Source: Gammaproteobacteria bacterium
GTDB taxonomy: Bacteria > Pseudomonadota > Gammaproteobacteria > Thiohalobacterales > Thiohalobacteraceae
Assembly (NCBI GenBank): GCA_019911805.1
Contig: JAIOJV010000052.1
Coordinates: 45,413 to 109,412 of the forward strand
Reading direction: 5' to 3'
Length of the DNA stretch: 64,000 nucleotides
How positions within the stretch are numbered: the stretch's first letter is position 1; every line of letters starts with the position of its first letter. A program made the position numbers and the translations under genes. This document shows positions 24,808 through 34,389 of this stretch, one piece after another. The notes under the pieces are model-generated. The model made no database searches. It saw nothing but the letters and a program-made list of their open reading frames with translations, and was not told the origin of the DNA.

Positions 24808-26004
24808 TCATTGGTCAACCTCACCGCCAAGGGTGAGGTCGGTGAGTACTCCGGTATCCGGGTCTATCTGTTTCGGTACCGGATTGACGGTCACCCCGGA
24901 GCGGACTTTCTGCAGACCTTCGACAATTACGCGCTCGCCCACCTCCAGGCCGCTCTCGGTGGCCAGCATAGCGCCCTGACGCGAGCCGGTTTTGATGAAC
25001 CGTTGGATGACCTTCTGTTGGTCGTCTACGACGAGGACAAATTTACCTTCGATGGTCTCCTGTACGGCCGCTTGTGGCACCAGGACCTGAGGCTCACCGG
25101 CCCGCCCTTCGATATGCAGTGTGACATACAGCCCGGGCAACAGAACGGCATCCGGATTGGGGAACTCCGCCCGCATGGCGACGGTGCCGGTACTGGCATC
25201 GGTCTGCACATCGGCAAAGTTGGGTATACCGTTCTGGTTGTAATATTTACCGTCCGGCAGCGTCAGGCGAAGCGACAATTTGCTGACGATGCTCGCGCCA
25301 GAGCTGCTGCCTAAGCGGCGGAATGCGACGTAGTCGGACTCATTGAGCTGGAACTCCACATAGATCGGATCCGTTACCAGCACTTCCGCAATCGGTCCGC
25401 TGGCCGGGCCGACGACGGCACCGACATCGTAATTCAGCCTGCCGATCCAGCCGTCAAACGGTGCCTTGATCTCGGCGTATTCCCGATTGGTAGTGGCTTT
25501 CTGCACCGCGGCTTCTGCGCTCTCCAGGCGACCTGCCGCAGCATTGGAGCGATCCCTGAGCGTGTCCATATCCGCCTCGGACAGATACCCCTTGGCAGCG
25601 ACTTCTTCACCTCGGTTGAGGTTTTTCCGGGCGGATTCGGCCTCCGCCCTGGCGGCGGTCAGCTCTGCTTTGGCCTGCTGGAGATCTGCACGGACACGGG
25701 TATCTTCCAGCCTGACCAGAACCTGCCCTTCACGCACCCGGGATCCCTCCCGGAACAGAATCTCTCTGATCTCGGCTTCGATGCGCGGTGTGAGCCAGGC
25801 CCTGGCTGACGCTGCCGTTCTGGCGACAAAGTCGCGGGATGGGCGGACTTCAGAGCTTTCCAGGACCACAACGGAAACCGAGGGCGGTGTGGCCTGGGGC
25901 GGCTCAACAGGCTCTGAACACCCGGCACTGAGGCACAGAACCCCGATCATCACTAGCCGCTGGCGGATTTGTCTGGTCGAAGAATGATACGAGAGGCTGA
26001 ACAT
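24808..26004 (-). CDS. RND efflux periplasmic adaptor (membrane fusion protein)
   Basis: ORF 24808..26199; start ATG 26004 (MFSLSYHSSTRQIRQRLVMIGVLCLSAGC, with a lipobox-like LSAGC). It shows HlyD-type coiled-coil and beta-barrel sequence. Upstream codons translate repeat R2. Confidence 0.85.
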   Translation of the reverse strand: MFSLSYHSSTRQIRQRLVMIGVLCLSAGCSEPVEPPQATPPSVSVVVLESSEVRPSRDFVARTAASARAWLTPRIEAEIREILFREGSRVREGQVLVRLEDTRVRADLQQAKAELTAARAEAESARKNLNRGEEVAAKGYLSEADMDTLRDRSNAAAGRLESAEAAVQKATTNREYAEIKAPFDGWIGRLNYDVGAVVGPASGPIAEVLVTDPIYVEFQLNESDYVAFRRLGSSSGASIVSKLSLRLTLPDGKYYNQNGIPNFADVQTDASTGTVAMRAEFPNPDAVLLPGLYVTLHIEGRAGEPQVLVPQAAVQETIEGKFVLVVDDQQKVIQRFIKTGSRQGAMLATESGLEVGERVIVEGLQKVRSGVTVNPVPKQIDPDTGVLTDLTLGGEVDQ

Positions 26005-26037
26005 AGGTCTTCCCTGAATGATCCAAAAAACCATATT

Positions 26038-26158
26038 TGCCATGGAAGCACATGGAAGACACCGAGATGAAACAGTGTCGTAAGGCTCCGGCTCAGCACC
26101 TGGCGAGTGAGGAGACCGTTGTATGAAGCGTACGATCTTGCCCGTGTGCTTCCGTGGC
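26038..26158. repeat. inverted-repeat element R2 (same subfamily as R1 and R9)
   Basis: GCCATGGAAGCACATGGAAGAC...CCCGTGTGCTTCCGTGGC, with the core GAGATGAAACAGTGTCGTAAGGCTCCGGCTCAGCACCTGGCGAGTGAGG. Confidence 0.85.
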
Positions 26159-26294
26159 TGAAGTGAGTCTTTCAGGTTGATGGGCGGGCCGGATCTCACA
26201 CTGGATGCGTACAGCCTGTGCTCAGATTAACAGGCTGGTGAGAAACGTGCTCGGGGGCACACCGGCGCTTCAGCCCTGTCGGAAGGGCGGGGGA

Positions 26295-27569
26295 CTACGA
26301 ATCCAGGTCGTCGCCGGTGGCCTTATCCGCCGCCGCTGCCGTGGCCGCGATGGCGGCCCATTCGGCCTCTGCCAGCCGCTCCGGGTGCGGCGGTTGCGGG
26401 CCGACATAACGATCGCGGCCGGCCGCGAGCCCGAACAGGGCCTGCGCTATCGCGAGGCCCACCAGCAGCCACAGTGCCGACTCCCAACCGCCGCTGGTAT
26501 CCCGCAGGGCACCGACCAGGATCGGGGCGCTGGCGGCCAGCAGGTAGCCACCGGACTGGGCAAAGCCGGACAGGCTGGCGGCCTGCTGCGGGTCGCGGCT
26601 GCGCAGTACGATCAAGGTCATCGACAGACTGAATGCCGCACCCAATCCGATCCCGATCAAGCTGCTCCACAGCGAGCTCATCACCCCGGGCCAGACGGCC
26701 ATACCGGTAAACCCACTGGCGGTGATCAGCGCCAGGCCCATGGCCAGCAGGCGCTGATCGGCGAGGCGCACGGCCAGTAGCGGCGTGAGCAGGGCAGCCG
26801 GAACCCCGATGACGGTGAGCAGCGCGAGTTGGGCGCCGGCCGCCGCGGGTTTGAGGCCGGCGTCGGTCAGGATGCTCGGCAGCCAGGAGACGATCGCATA
26901 GAAGGCCGACGATTGCAGCCCGATATAGGCGGTGATCTGCCAGGTCAGAGGATCGCGCCAGAGTGCGGACGGTGCTGTGGTAGCGGGCTGCACGGCCTCC
27001 GCCGTGCGCAGGCGCGCCCGCCAGACCAGCGCGGCGACCAGTGCCGGGAGCGCCAGTACCCCCAGCGGCAGACGCCAGCTGGCGCCGGCCTCCACCCAGG
27101 TGGCCGTCAGAACGACCCCCACGCTGGCGCCACCGTTCATGGCGACCAGATAGAGACCGGTCATCAGGCCCACCTGGGTGGCGAAATAGTGCTTCACCAG
27201 TCCGGGCAGCAGGACATTGGCCAGGGCGGTGGCGCCGCCCAACAACAGTGTCCCGGCCAGCAACGCGGGGAGACCGGGCACGACCCGTAGCAGTCCGCCC
27301 AGCCCGATCAGGGCGGCGCAGTAGTACAACACGGTCTTGGTCCCGACGCGGCGGCTCAGCGCCGGCGCCAGCGGGGCGAGTGCACCGAAGCACAGTACGG
27401 GAAGGCCGGTCAGCAGTGCGGCCCCGGCCGCGGAGATCACATACTCCGCGCGGATCTGGTCCATCACCGGTGCCACGGCGACCAGTGTGGAGCGCATGTT
27501 GAATGCCAGCAGCAGCGTGGCGATCGCCAGCCACAGCCGCGGCTGCGACCGCAGCGTCTGCCGCCCCAT
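26295..27569 (-). CDS. MFS transporter, CynX/NimT-like
   Basis: 424-aa 12-TM ORF. The N-terminus LLLAFNMRSTLVAVAPVMDQIR resembles the CynX family. Confidence 0.7.
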   Translation of the reverse strand: MGRQTLRSQPRLWLAIATLLLAFNMRSTLVAVAPVMDQIRAEYVISAAGAALLTGLPVLCFGALAPLAPALSRRVGTKTVLYYCAALIGLGGLLRVVPGLPALLAGTLLLGGATALANVLLPGLVKHYFATQVGLMTGLYLVAMNGGASVGVVLTATWVEAGASWRLPLGVLALPALVAALVWRARLRTAEAVQPATTAPSALWRDPLTWQITAYIGLQSSAFYAIVSWLPSILTDAGLKPAAAGAQLALLTVIGVPAALLTPLLAVRLADQRLLAMGLALITASGFTGMAVWPGVMSSLWSSLIGIGLGAAFSLSMTLIVLRSRDPQQAASLSGFAQSGGYLLAASAPILVGALRDTSGGWESALWLLVGLAIAQALFGLAAGRDRYVGPQPPHPERLAEAEWAAIAATAAAADKATGDDLDS

Positions 27570-27575
27570 GCTGGC

Positions 27576-28412
27576 CTATTCCCGCAGCGCCTTGGCGTGA
27601 TACGCCAGATGGTCGCCGATGAAGCTGGCGATGAAATGATAGCTGTGGTCGTAGCCGTCCTGCATGCGCAGCTTGAGTTCTCCGCTGCGGGCGACGTAGA
27701 CCGCTTGCAGATCCTGCGGGAACAGCTGTCCGGCCAGGAACTCGTCGTCGGTCCCCTGATCGATCAATACGGGCACCGGCTCGTGTCCGGCCAGGATCAG
27801 TTCCGTGGCATCGTAGGCCTTCCACTGCGCCTGATCATCACCCAGATAGGCGCCAAAGCAGCCTTCGCCCCAGGGTGACTTCACCGGATGGCAGATCGGT
27901 GCAAAGGCGGATACCGAGCGATAGGCGTGCTTTTCCTTCAATGCACAGATCAACGCGCCGTGACCGCCCATGGAATGACCACTGATGGACTTGACACCGG
28001 GGAGCACGGGCAGGTTGGCCTCGATCAGGGCCGGGAGTTCCACGGTGACGTAGTCATACATTCGATAATGCGTCGCCCAGGGCGCCTGCGTGGCATTTAC
28101 GTAAAAGCCGGCGCCCTTGCCCAGGTCGTAGCGCTCCGGTACGTCGGGCACGTCATCGCCACGCGGACTGGTGTCCGGAAAGATCAATGCCAACCCGAGT
28201 TCCGCGGCATAGCGCTGCGCGCCGGCCTTGGTGCGGACATTGTCATCGGTGCAGGTCAGCCCCGACAACCAATAGACGGCTGGAACCTTTTCCGTGGCTG
28301 CCTGCGGCGGCAGATACACCGAAAAGGTCATCGTGCAATGGCAGCTCGTGGATTCATGCTGATAACGGTTCAGCCAGCCGCCGGATTCCTTGATGCTTTC
28401 GATCTGTTTCAT
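27576..28412 (-). CDS. fghA: S-formylglutathione hydrolase (esterase D)
   Basis: GGWLNRYQHES...FSVYLPP...VPAVYWLSGLTCTDDN...GHSMGGHGAL, with full-length similarity to FrmB/FghA. Confidence 0.9.
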   Translation of the reverse strand: MKQIESIKESGGWLNRYQHESTSCHCTMTFSVYLPPQAATEKVPAVYWLSGLTCTDDNVRTKAGAQRYAAELGLALIFPDTSPRGDDVPDVPERYDLGKGAGFYVNATQAPWATHYRMYDYVTVELPALIEANLPVLPGVKSISGHSMGGHGALICALKEKHAYRSVSAFAPICHPVKSPWGEGCFGAYLGDDQAQWKAYDATELILAGHEPVPVLIDQGTDDEFLAGQLFPQDLQAVYVARSGELKLRMQDGYDHSYHFIASFIGDHLAYHAKALRE

Positions 28413-28509
28413 GATGCGGTGCCCTGGAGTGAATCGATTGATGGTGAAATCATCGAGAGGATATCAGTAGTATGTCCACTGTTGTCCCGTAAACCCAAAA
28501 ATCCCATTT

Positions 28510-28582
28510 GCCTTGGAAGCACACGCAAGACATTAATGAACCTCTATGATCTCGTCTGTGTTTTTCCCTGTGTTTCCGTGGC
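28510..28582. repeat. short inverted-repeat element R3 between adhC and fghA
   Basis: GCCTTGGAAGCACACGCAAGAC...GTGTTTTTCCCTGTGTTTCCGTGGC, a degenerate minimal form of the family. Confidence 0.7.
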
Positions 28583-28636
28583 TGAAATGCGTGTCTGCAG
28601 GGTGAAAATAATGAGACGCAAGCAAGTGGGGGCGAC

Positions 28637-29746
28637 TCAGAAGATAATCACGCTGCGAATGCTCTCACCGCTGTGCATCAGCTCGAATGCGCGATTGATG
28701 TCCTCCAGCGGCATGGTGTGGGTGACCATCTTGTCCAGCTCGATCTCACCGCTCATGTAGCGGTCTACATATCCTGGCAGCTCCGTGCGGCCCTTGACGC
28801 CACCGAATGCGGAACCCTTCCAGGTGCGGCCCGTGACCAGTTGGAAAGGGCGGGTGCAAACCTCCTGGCCGCTGCCGGCGACGCCGATGACGGTGGATAC
28901 GCCCCAGCCCATATGCGTGCACTCCAGCGCCTCTCGCATCACCTGCACATTCCCGATGCACTCGAAGGAATAATCGACACCGCCGTTGGTCATGTCCACG
29001 ATGGCCTCCTTGACGCTGCCGCTCAGTTCCCTGGGATTGACGAAATCGGTCGCGCCCAGTGCCTTGGCCATGGCCCATTTGCCCGGATTGATATCCACGG
29101 CGATGATACGCCCCGCCTTGGCCATCACCGCCCCCTGGATACAGGACAGGCCGATACCGCCCAGACCGAACACCGCGACGGTGGAGCCGGGTTTCACCTT
29201 GGCCGTATTGAGCACCGCGCCGATGCCGGTGGTGACACCGCAACCGAGCAGACAGACCTTGTCCAACGGGGCCGCCTTGTTGATCTTCGCCAGCGCAATC
29301 TCCGGCACGACGGTGTACTCGGAAAACGTCGAGCAGCCCATGTAGTGATAGATGGGTTTACCGTTCATGGAAAACCGTCGTGTGCCATCGGGCATGTAGC
29401 CGGTCCAGACCGTCGCGGCGATGGATTGGCACAGATTGGTCTCGGTGGAATGGCAGTACACGCATTCGCCGCATTCCGGGATGTACAGGGGGATCACATG
29501 ATCGCCCGGCTGCAGCCCTTTCACGCCGGGGCCACATTCCACCACTTCACAACCACCCTCGTGGCCGAGTACGGCGGGAAACGCGCCCTCGGGGTCGTCA
29601 CCGGACAAGGTGAAGGCATCTGTATGACATACACCCGAGGCGATGACCTTGAGCAGCACCTCGCCGTCCTTCGGGCCTTCCACATCGATCATCTCGATGG
29701 ACAAGGGCTTTTTCGGTTCCCAGGCAACAGCGGCTTTCGATTTCAT
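28637..29746 (-). CDS. adhC: S-(hydroxymethyl)glutathione dehydrogenase / class III alcohol dehydrogenase
   Basis: [18 protein letters not shown]...[26 protein letters not shown]...GLGGIGLS, a canonical class III ADH. Confidence 0.9.
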   Translation of the reverse strand: MKSKAAVAWEPKKPLSIEMIDVEGPKDGEVLLKVIASGVCHTDAFTLSGDDPEGAFPAVLGHEGGCEVVECGPGVKGLQPGDHVIPLYIPECGECVYCHSTETNLCQSIAATVWTGYMPDGTRRFSMNGKPIYHYMGCSTFSEYTVVPEIALAKINKAAPLDKVCLLGCGVTTGIGAVLNTAKVKPGSTVAVFGLGGIGLSCIQGAVMAKAGRIIAVDINPGKWAMAKALGATDFVNPRELSGSVKEAIVDMTNGGVDYSFECIGNVQVMREALECTHMGWGVSTVIGVAGSGQEVCTRPFQLVTGRTWKGSAFGGVKGRTELPGYVDRYMSGEIELDKMVTHTMPLEDINRAFELMHSGESIRSVIIF

Positions 29747-29861
29747 CGGCGGGGTCCTTGTGAGTACAGCTTCGAACGGTGTGGTGCCGCAGCATCTGCG
29801 TACGTGATGGGGGGGTGAGCATTTTCCTGTGGAATCTTACCCCATAGGCGATGCGAGCGGA

Positions 29862-30131
29862 TCACGTCAGCAGCGTACCACGCTGTTCGAGTGCCGCTTC
29901 GAGCCTGGCCCTTTGTTGTGCGAAAGTACCATAGAAGAAGGCATCACCGATCACCGTGATGGGCGCGACCCGCACGCCATAACGGGACTTGGCCTCGTCC
30001 GCGACGCCCGGGTCGGTCACATCACGTTCCTCGTAGGCGATCTGCCGCTGCTGCAGCCACTGCTTGAGTGCCGCGCAATCGGGGCAGCCGGGCGCCGTGT
30101 AGAGGAGCACGGGTGGGGGTTTTACGTCCAT
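29862..30131 (-). CDS. glutaredoxin-family (NrdH-like) small redox protein
   Basis: 89 aa with a CPDC active-site motif in LLYTAPGCPDCAALKQWL and a thioredoxin-fold length. Confidence 0.6.
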   Translation of the reverse strand: MDVKPPPVLLYTAPGCPDCAALKQWLQQRQIAYEERDVTDPGVADEAKSRYGVRVAPITVIGDAFFYGTFAQQRARLEAALEQRGTLLT

Positions 30132-30173
30132 GTCGGGTGCCCCGGCGCATCGGGGTGATCGCCTTGACCGCGA

Positions 30174-30374
30174 TCACTGCACACTCGCGTCATACCCTTC
30201 TCCCTTGACTGCCGTCACCAGTGCCTGCGGATCGGCACTCCCCGTCACCACGGCCTGCGGTGGGTCGAGGCTGACGTCGGCCTGTTCCACACCCGGGACC
30301 TGCTGCAAGGCCTTATTCACGGCGGCTACACAATGGCCGCAGGTCATACCGGAGATCTTGAGGATCGTTTGCAT
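30174..30374 (-). CDS. copZ: heavy-metal-associated copper chaperone
   Basis: 66 aa with the GMTCGHC metal-binding motif. Confidence 0.85.
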   Translation of the reverse strand: MQTILKISGMTCGHCVAAVNKALQQVPGVEQADVSLDPPQAVVTGSADPQALVTAVKGEGYDASVQ

Positions 30375-30412
30375 CGCTGTCGCTCCTTTGTCTTTACTGC
30401 CATGTCGGTTCG

Positions 30413-32953
30413 TTACCGCGTGCCGTGGGCCGTGCGCACTTCGCTGGCCTGCTGGCCGCTGTGCAGGGGGGTGCCGTCGGAGGGTGTTTGCGTGCCGTAG
30501 GCGACCGCCCGCAGGCGCCTGAGGCGCAGACTGTTGCTGAGCACGAAGACACTGGACAGGCCCATCGCCACGCCGGCCACCATGGGATTCAAATGCCAGC
30601 CGGTCCAGGGATAGAACATACCGGTGGCCAATGGAATCAATAGAATATTATAGAAGAACGCCCAGAACAGATTGCCGCGGATCGTGCTCATGGTGCGCTG
30701 CGCGACCTGCAATGCGGTCACCACACCGGACAGATCACCGCGCGTCAACGTGACGTCCGCTGCCTCGATGGCGATATCGGTGCCGGAGCCGACGGCGATG
30801 CCGACTTCGGCCTGCGCCAGGGCTGGCGCATCGTTGATGCCGTCACCCACGAAGGCGACCTTGCGCCCTTGCTGCTGCAGCGCGATCACTGCGGTGGCCT
30901 TGCCTTCGGGCAGGACCTCCGCCTGCACCGTCTCGATCCCGGCGAGGGCGGCAATCGCGGCGGCTGTGCGACGATTGTCACCAGTGATCATGCCCACGTG
31001 CAGATTCCGCTGCTTGAGTGCAGCGATCACCGCTGCTGCTTCGCGTTTCAGGGGATCTGCCACGGCGAGTATGGCACGCAGCTGACCGTCCACCGCCAGA
31101 TACATGGGCGTCTTACCCTGATCGGATAGCGCGGTGACCCGCTCTGACACCGACTGCAGAGAAATGCCTTCACGGGTCATGAAGCGATCGGCGCCAAGCT
31201 GTACCTGGTGGCCATCCACACGGGCCTGGACACCGTAACCCGGTACGGCACTGAATTCAGTCACCGGCCACGATGGCACACCCTCCGTTTTGGCTGCCTG
31301 CACGATGGCGCGGGCGATCGGGTGCTCACTGCCCACTTCCACCGCCGCCGCAAACGCCAGTGCGGTGGCGCGGTCACCGTCCAGCGCCTCGAGATCGGTC
31401 AGGCGGGGACGGCCTTCGGTGAGGGTGCCGGTCTTGTCGAATACGACAGTATCCACGTGGGAGAGCGTCTCCAACGCCTCGCCCTTGCGATACAGCACGC
31501 CCAATTCGGCGGCCCGACCGCTGCCGACCATGATCGCCGCCGGTGTGGCCAGACCCATCGCGCAGGGGCAGGCCACGATCAGTACCGCCACGGCACTGAC
31601 CAGGGCCAGCGTGATCGCCGGCTCCGGACCGAATGACAGCCAGGCAAAGAAACTGATGAGGGCGATGACAATCACGATCGGCGTGAACACGTTCACCACC
31701 CGGTCGGCCAGGCCCTGGATCGGCAGTTTGGAGCCCTGGGCACGTTCGACCAGGCGAATGATCTGCGCCAGCACGGTCTGTGTGCCCACCTGAGTCGCCT
31801 TGATCTGCAATAGCCCGTGCTGATTCACCGTGCCACCGACCGCCTTGTCACCGACCCGCTTGAGAATCGGCACCGGCTCGCCCGTGAGCATGGATTCGTC
31901 GACATAGCTCTCGCCCTCGGTCACCTCGCCGTCGACCGGCAGACGCTCACCCGGGCGGACCACCACGACATCGCCCTGACGCACCTGTGCGATCGCCACC
32001 TCCTGCTCCTGACCTTCACGCAGTATCCGGGCGGTCTTGGCCTGCAGGCCGATCAGCTTTTTGATCGCTGCGGACGTGCGTCCCTTCGCCGTCTCCTCCA
32101 GGAATTTGCCGAACAGAATGACGGTGACGATGACCGCGGCCGACTCGAAATAGAGATGGCGGGCCTCCGTCGGAAACAGGCCGGGCCACAGCAGCACCAG
32201 CATGCTGAATAACCACGCGGCACCGGTGCCGGTCATGACCAGGCTGTTCATGTCGGGTGAGAGATGCCGGTAGGCGATCCAGCCCGGACGGAAAAACCGC
32301 CGCCCCGGCCCGAACAGCACTATGGTGGTCAGGATCGCCTGCACCCAGTCCCAGACCGCGATCGGTGCGAGTGCGCGCAGGCCCTGGTCGATCGCCGGGA
32401 TGAGCATTCCACCCATCGAGATCAGCATGACCGGTGCAGTCAGCGCGGTGGCCAGTCCGACATCACGCCGCATCGCCTGCCGTGTCGCGGCGCGCACCTC
32501 GGCCTCGCGTTCCTCCCCGGACCCATCCGGGCCGGCATCCAGCCGGTAGGTGGCATAGCCGGTCTCTTCGATGGCGGCGATCACTTCATCGGGACTCACG
32601 CTGGCGGGCAGATAGCGTACCGTCGCCCGTTCCGTGGTCAGATTGACACCGGCCTCGAGCACACCCGGCAACTTGTTGAGTGCCCGCTCCACGCGTGCCG
32701 TGCAGGAGGCGCAGGTCATGCCTTCGACCCCGACCTCGTATTCCGCCACGATCGGCGTGTACCCGGCGTCAGTCACGGCCTGCACGATGCGCCCCGGCTC
32801 CTGCACGGCCGGGTCGTAACTGATACTGGCGCGCTCGGTGGCAAGATTGACGCTCGCCTCAGTCACGCCGGGCAGCTTTGACAGGGCCCGCTCGACGCGC
32901 GCCGTACAGGAGGCGCAGGTCATCCCTTCAACACCCAACTGCAGTTGCTTCAT
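30413..32953 (-). CDS. copA: Cu(I)-translocating P1B-type ATPase
   Basis: Two N-terminal GMTCASC HMA domains; CPC in TM6 ([11 protein letters not shown]); DKTGTLT; GDGINDAP; YN...P and MGLSS motifs typical of the Cu(I) subgroup. Confidence 0.9.
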   Translation of the reverse strand: MKQLQLGVEGMTCASCTARVERALSKLPGVTEASVNLATERASISYDPAVQEPGRIVQAVTDAGYTPIVAEYEVGVEGMTCASCTARVERALNKLPGVLEAGVNLTTERATVRYLPASVSPDEVIAAIEETGYATYRLDAGPDGSGEEREAEVRAATRQAMRRDVGLATALTAPVMLISMGGMLIPAIDQGLRALAPIAVWDWVQAILTTIVLFGPGRRFFRPGWIAYRHLSPDMNSLVMTGTGAAWLFSMLVLLWPGLFPTEARHLYFESAAVIVTVILFGKFLEETAKGRTSAAIKKLIGLQAKTARILREGQEQEVAIAQVRQGDVVVVRPGERLPVDGEVTEGESYVDESMLTGEPVPILKRVGDKAVGGTVNQHGLLQIKATQVGTQTVLAQIIRLVERAQGSKLPIQGLADRVVNVFTPIVIVIALISFFAWLSFGPEPAITLALVSAVAVLIVACPCAMGLATPAAIMVGSGRAAELGVLYRKGEALETLSHVDTVVFDKTGTLTEGRPRLTDLEALDGDRATALAFAAAVEVGSEHPIARAIVQAAKTEGVPSWPVTEFSAVPGYGVQARVDGHQVQLGADRFMTREGISLQSVSERVTALSDQGKTPMYLAVDGQLRAILAVADPLKREAAAVIAALKQRNLHVGMITGDNRRTAAAIAALAGIETVQAEVLPEGKATAVIALQQQGRKVAFVGDGINDAPALAQAEVGIAVGSGTDIAIEAADVTLTRGDLSGVVTALQVAQRTMSTIRGNLFWAFFYNILLIPLATGMFYPWTGWHLNPMVAGVAMGLSSVFVLSNSLRLRRLRAVAYGTQTPSDGTPLHSGQQASEVRTAHGTR

Positions 32954-33007
32954 AACTGAGACCTCTTATGTGAATTCGGTCGGAACAGGGTGCTTCAAGG
33001 CCTGCAT

Positions 33008-33415
33008 TCAGGCCGCGTTGTCTGCCAGCGCCGCGAGAATCGGACACTCTTCGGTTGAACCGTGGCCGGAACAACGCCGGTCGAGCTTCGACAACCCACG
33101 TTTCATACGCTGCAGGTCACGGATACGCACATCGATATCGGCAATCTTGCTTTGGGTCAGCCGCTTCACCTCGGCCGCCGATTTGCCCGGGTCATCACTG
33201 AGCGACAGCAGTTCGGCGATCTCATCGAGTGAGAAACCCAGGGCCTGTGCGCGCCGGATGAAGCGCAGGCGCCGTACCGCATCTGCACGGAACAAACGGT
33301 AGCCGGATGCCGTACGCTCGGCTTCGGGCAACAACCCGCGCCGTTCGTAATAACGCAAGGTCTCCACCGCCACACCGGTTTGTCTGGCCAACTTGCCCAC
33401 GGTCAAGGTCTGCAT
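33008..33415 (-). CDS. cueR: MerR-family Cu(I)-responsive regulator (CueR/HmrR-like)
   Basis: The N-terminal HTH is VGKLARQTGVAVETLRYYERRGLL. The segment DPGKSAAEVKR has Ser where divalent-metal sensors have Cys, and the C-terminal loop is CSGHGSTEECP. I prefer ATG 33415 over GTG 33421. Confidence 0.75.
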   Translation of the reverse strand: MQTLTVGKLARQTGVAVETLRYYERRGLLPEAERTASGYRLFRADAVRRLRFIRRAQALGFSLDEIAELLSLSDDPGKSAAEVKRLTQSKIADIDVRIRDLQRMKRGLSKLDRRCSGHGSTEECPILAALADNAA

Positions 33416-33440
33416 GGTCACCCCTCATCGCGATGCAGGC

Positions 33441-33472
33441 ATTCTAAACCCTGTAGCCTACTATAGAGTCAA
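33441..33472 (-). promoter_or_regulatory. MerR-type long-spacer promoter with dyad operator upstream of cueR-copA-copZ
   Basis: The minus strand reads TTGACT-ctatagtaggctacagggtt-TAGAAT (19-20-nt spacer). The spacer holds the dyad ACTCTATAG-N4-CTACAGGGT, about 25 nt upstream of the cueR start. Confidence 0.55.
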
Positions 33473-33668
33473 GAGCTGTTCCTTGCACCCCGAGGGTATC
33501 CCAACCGTAAAATCCCACATTGGCTGCGCGGGTCAGGCCTGCCGTCCGGTCACCGACCTGCACCATGCGTGACTGCAGAGAGGAAAGCCAGCCACGGAAG
33601 CAGGCTCATTGCATAAAGCCCCAGGATCAACCCGCGGGTAATGGTCCCGGGTGTATACAATGAATTCT

Positions 33669-33697
33669 TTCCGTGTCGTTCCGTGGGTTCCGTGGCC
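33669..33697. repeat. solo right-arm copy of the heptad repeat (R4a)
   Basis: TTCCGTGTCGTTCCGTGGGTTCCGTGGCC with no matching left arm nearby. Confidence 0.6.
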
Positions 33698-33776
33698 AGA
33701 AATGGTTTAAGAAAATTCTGACGAGGCTGAAGCGATCGGCCCGAAGGCGGGGGAGGGGATAGATCTGACCCAGGAA

Positions 33777-33874
33777 CCACGAAGGACACGAAGGACACGA
33801 AGAAGAATCTGGCCAGTGTAAAATCAGCCAACATACACTTGGTGTTGCCTTCGTGTCCTTCGTGTCCTTCGTGG
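33777..33874. repeat. variant hairpin element R4b: perfect 26-bp inverted repeat with altered heptad (CACGAAGGA)
   Basis: CCACGAAGGACACGAAGGACACGAAG (33777-33802) and CTTCGTGTCCTTCGTGTCCTTCGTGG (33849-33874) are exact reverse complements separated by 46 nt. Confidence 0.85.
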
Positions 33875-33915
33875 TAAAAGTTTTAGCAAGCTGGGACGGG
33901 CCTGCGGATTCCCAT

Positions 33916-34299
33916 TCAGGCCCCGACCCGGCGCGCAGCACCAGTGCCTGGCGCCGCCGGAACCCGTGCCGACAGGGCCGACCCGGCCTCCGCCAGATGC
34001 AGCAGCGCAGAGGCTTCAGGGGGATTGAACTCGGCATAGGTCACGCCGACGTCGTGGCCCGATTGCCGCACCACCAGTGCTTCGATGGGGCGCACCCGAT
34101 GCGGTCGTTCGGGACCGCGCTCCACGTGCAGGACTGTCATCATCGAATGCGGCATCAGCTCGAGGCCGGCTGGCATGCGTACCCGCAGACCGCTGGCACT
34201 GACATCGAGAATGACGCCACGTTCCAACACGTTCTGACCCAGATCGACCAGCACTACGATCTCGGCATGTCTGCGGCTTCCCCAACGGTGTTCCATCAC
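33916..34299 (-). CDS. PilZ domain protein
   Basis: 127 aa with an RRxxxR-like SRRHAEI segment and ILDVSASGLRV (D.S..G), as in c-di-GMP-binding PilZ domains. Confidence 0.55.
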   Translation of the reverse strand: MMEHRWGSRRHAEIVVLVDLGQNVLERGVILDVSASGLRVRMPAGLELMPHSMMTVLHVERGPERPHRVRPIEALVVRQSGHDVGVTYAEFNPPEASALLHLAEAGSALSARVPAAPGTGAARRVGA

Positions 34300-34389
34300 G
34301 TATCCTCCTCGTCTTGATCTGACTATTGCAGAGTACGGACAGCCGGAATGTGATCGTGTTCAACCTTGCGCGGGCTCTTGCCGTGTTCC

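Noticed and set aside
24642-24830. N-terminal extensions and stand-alone ORFs that read through the repeat elements. Examples: the first 63 codons of ORF 21543..24830, 26005..26199, 46069..46155, 60671..60715, 45911..46159 (+), 60049..60678 (-), 62244..62459 (-).
   Set aside because: The recurring peptides ([27 protein letters not shown]) are simply translations of the CACGGAA repeat arms in different frames. Downstream starts with proper family N-termini and RBSs exist.
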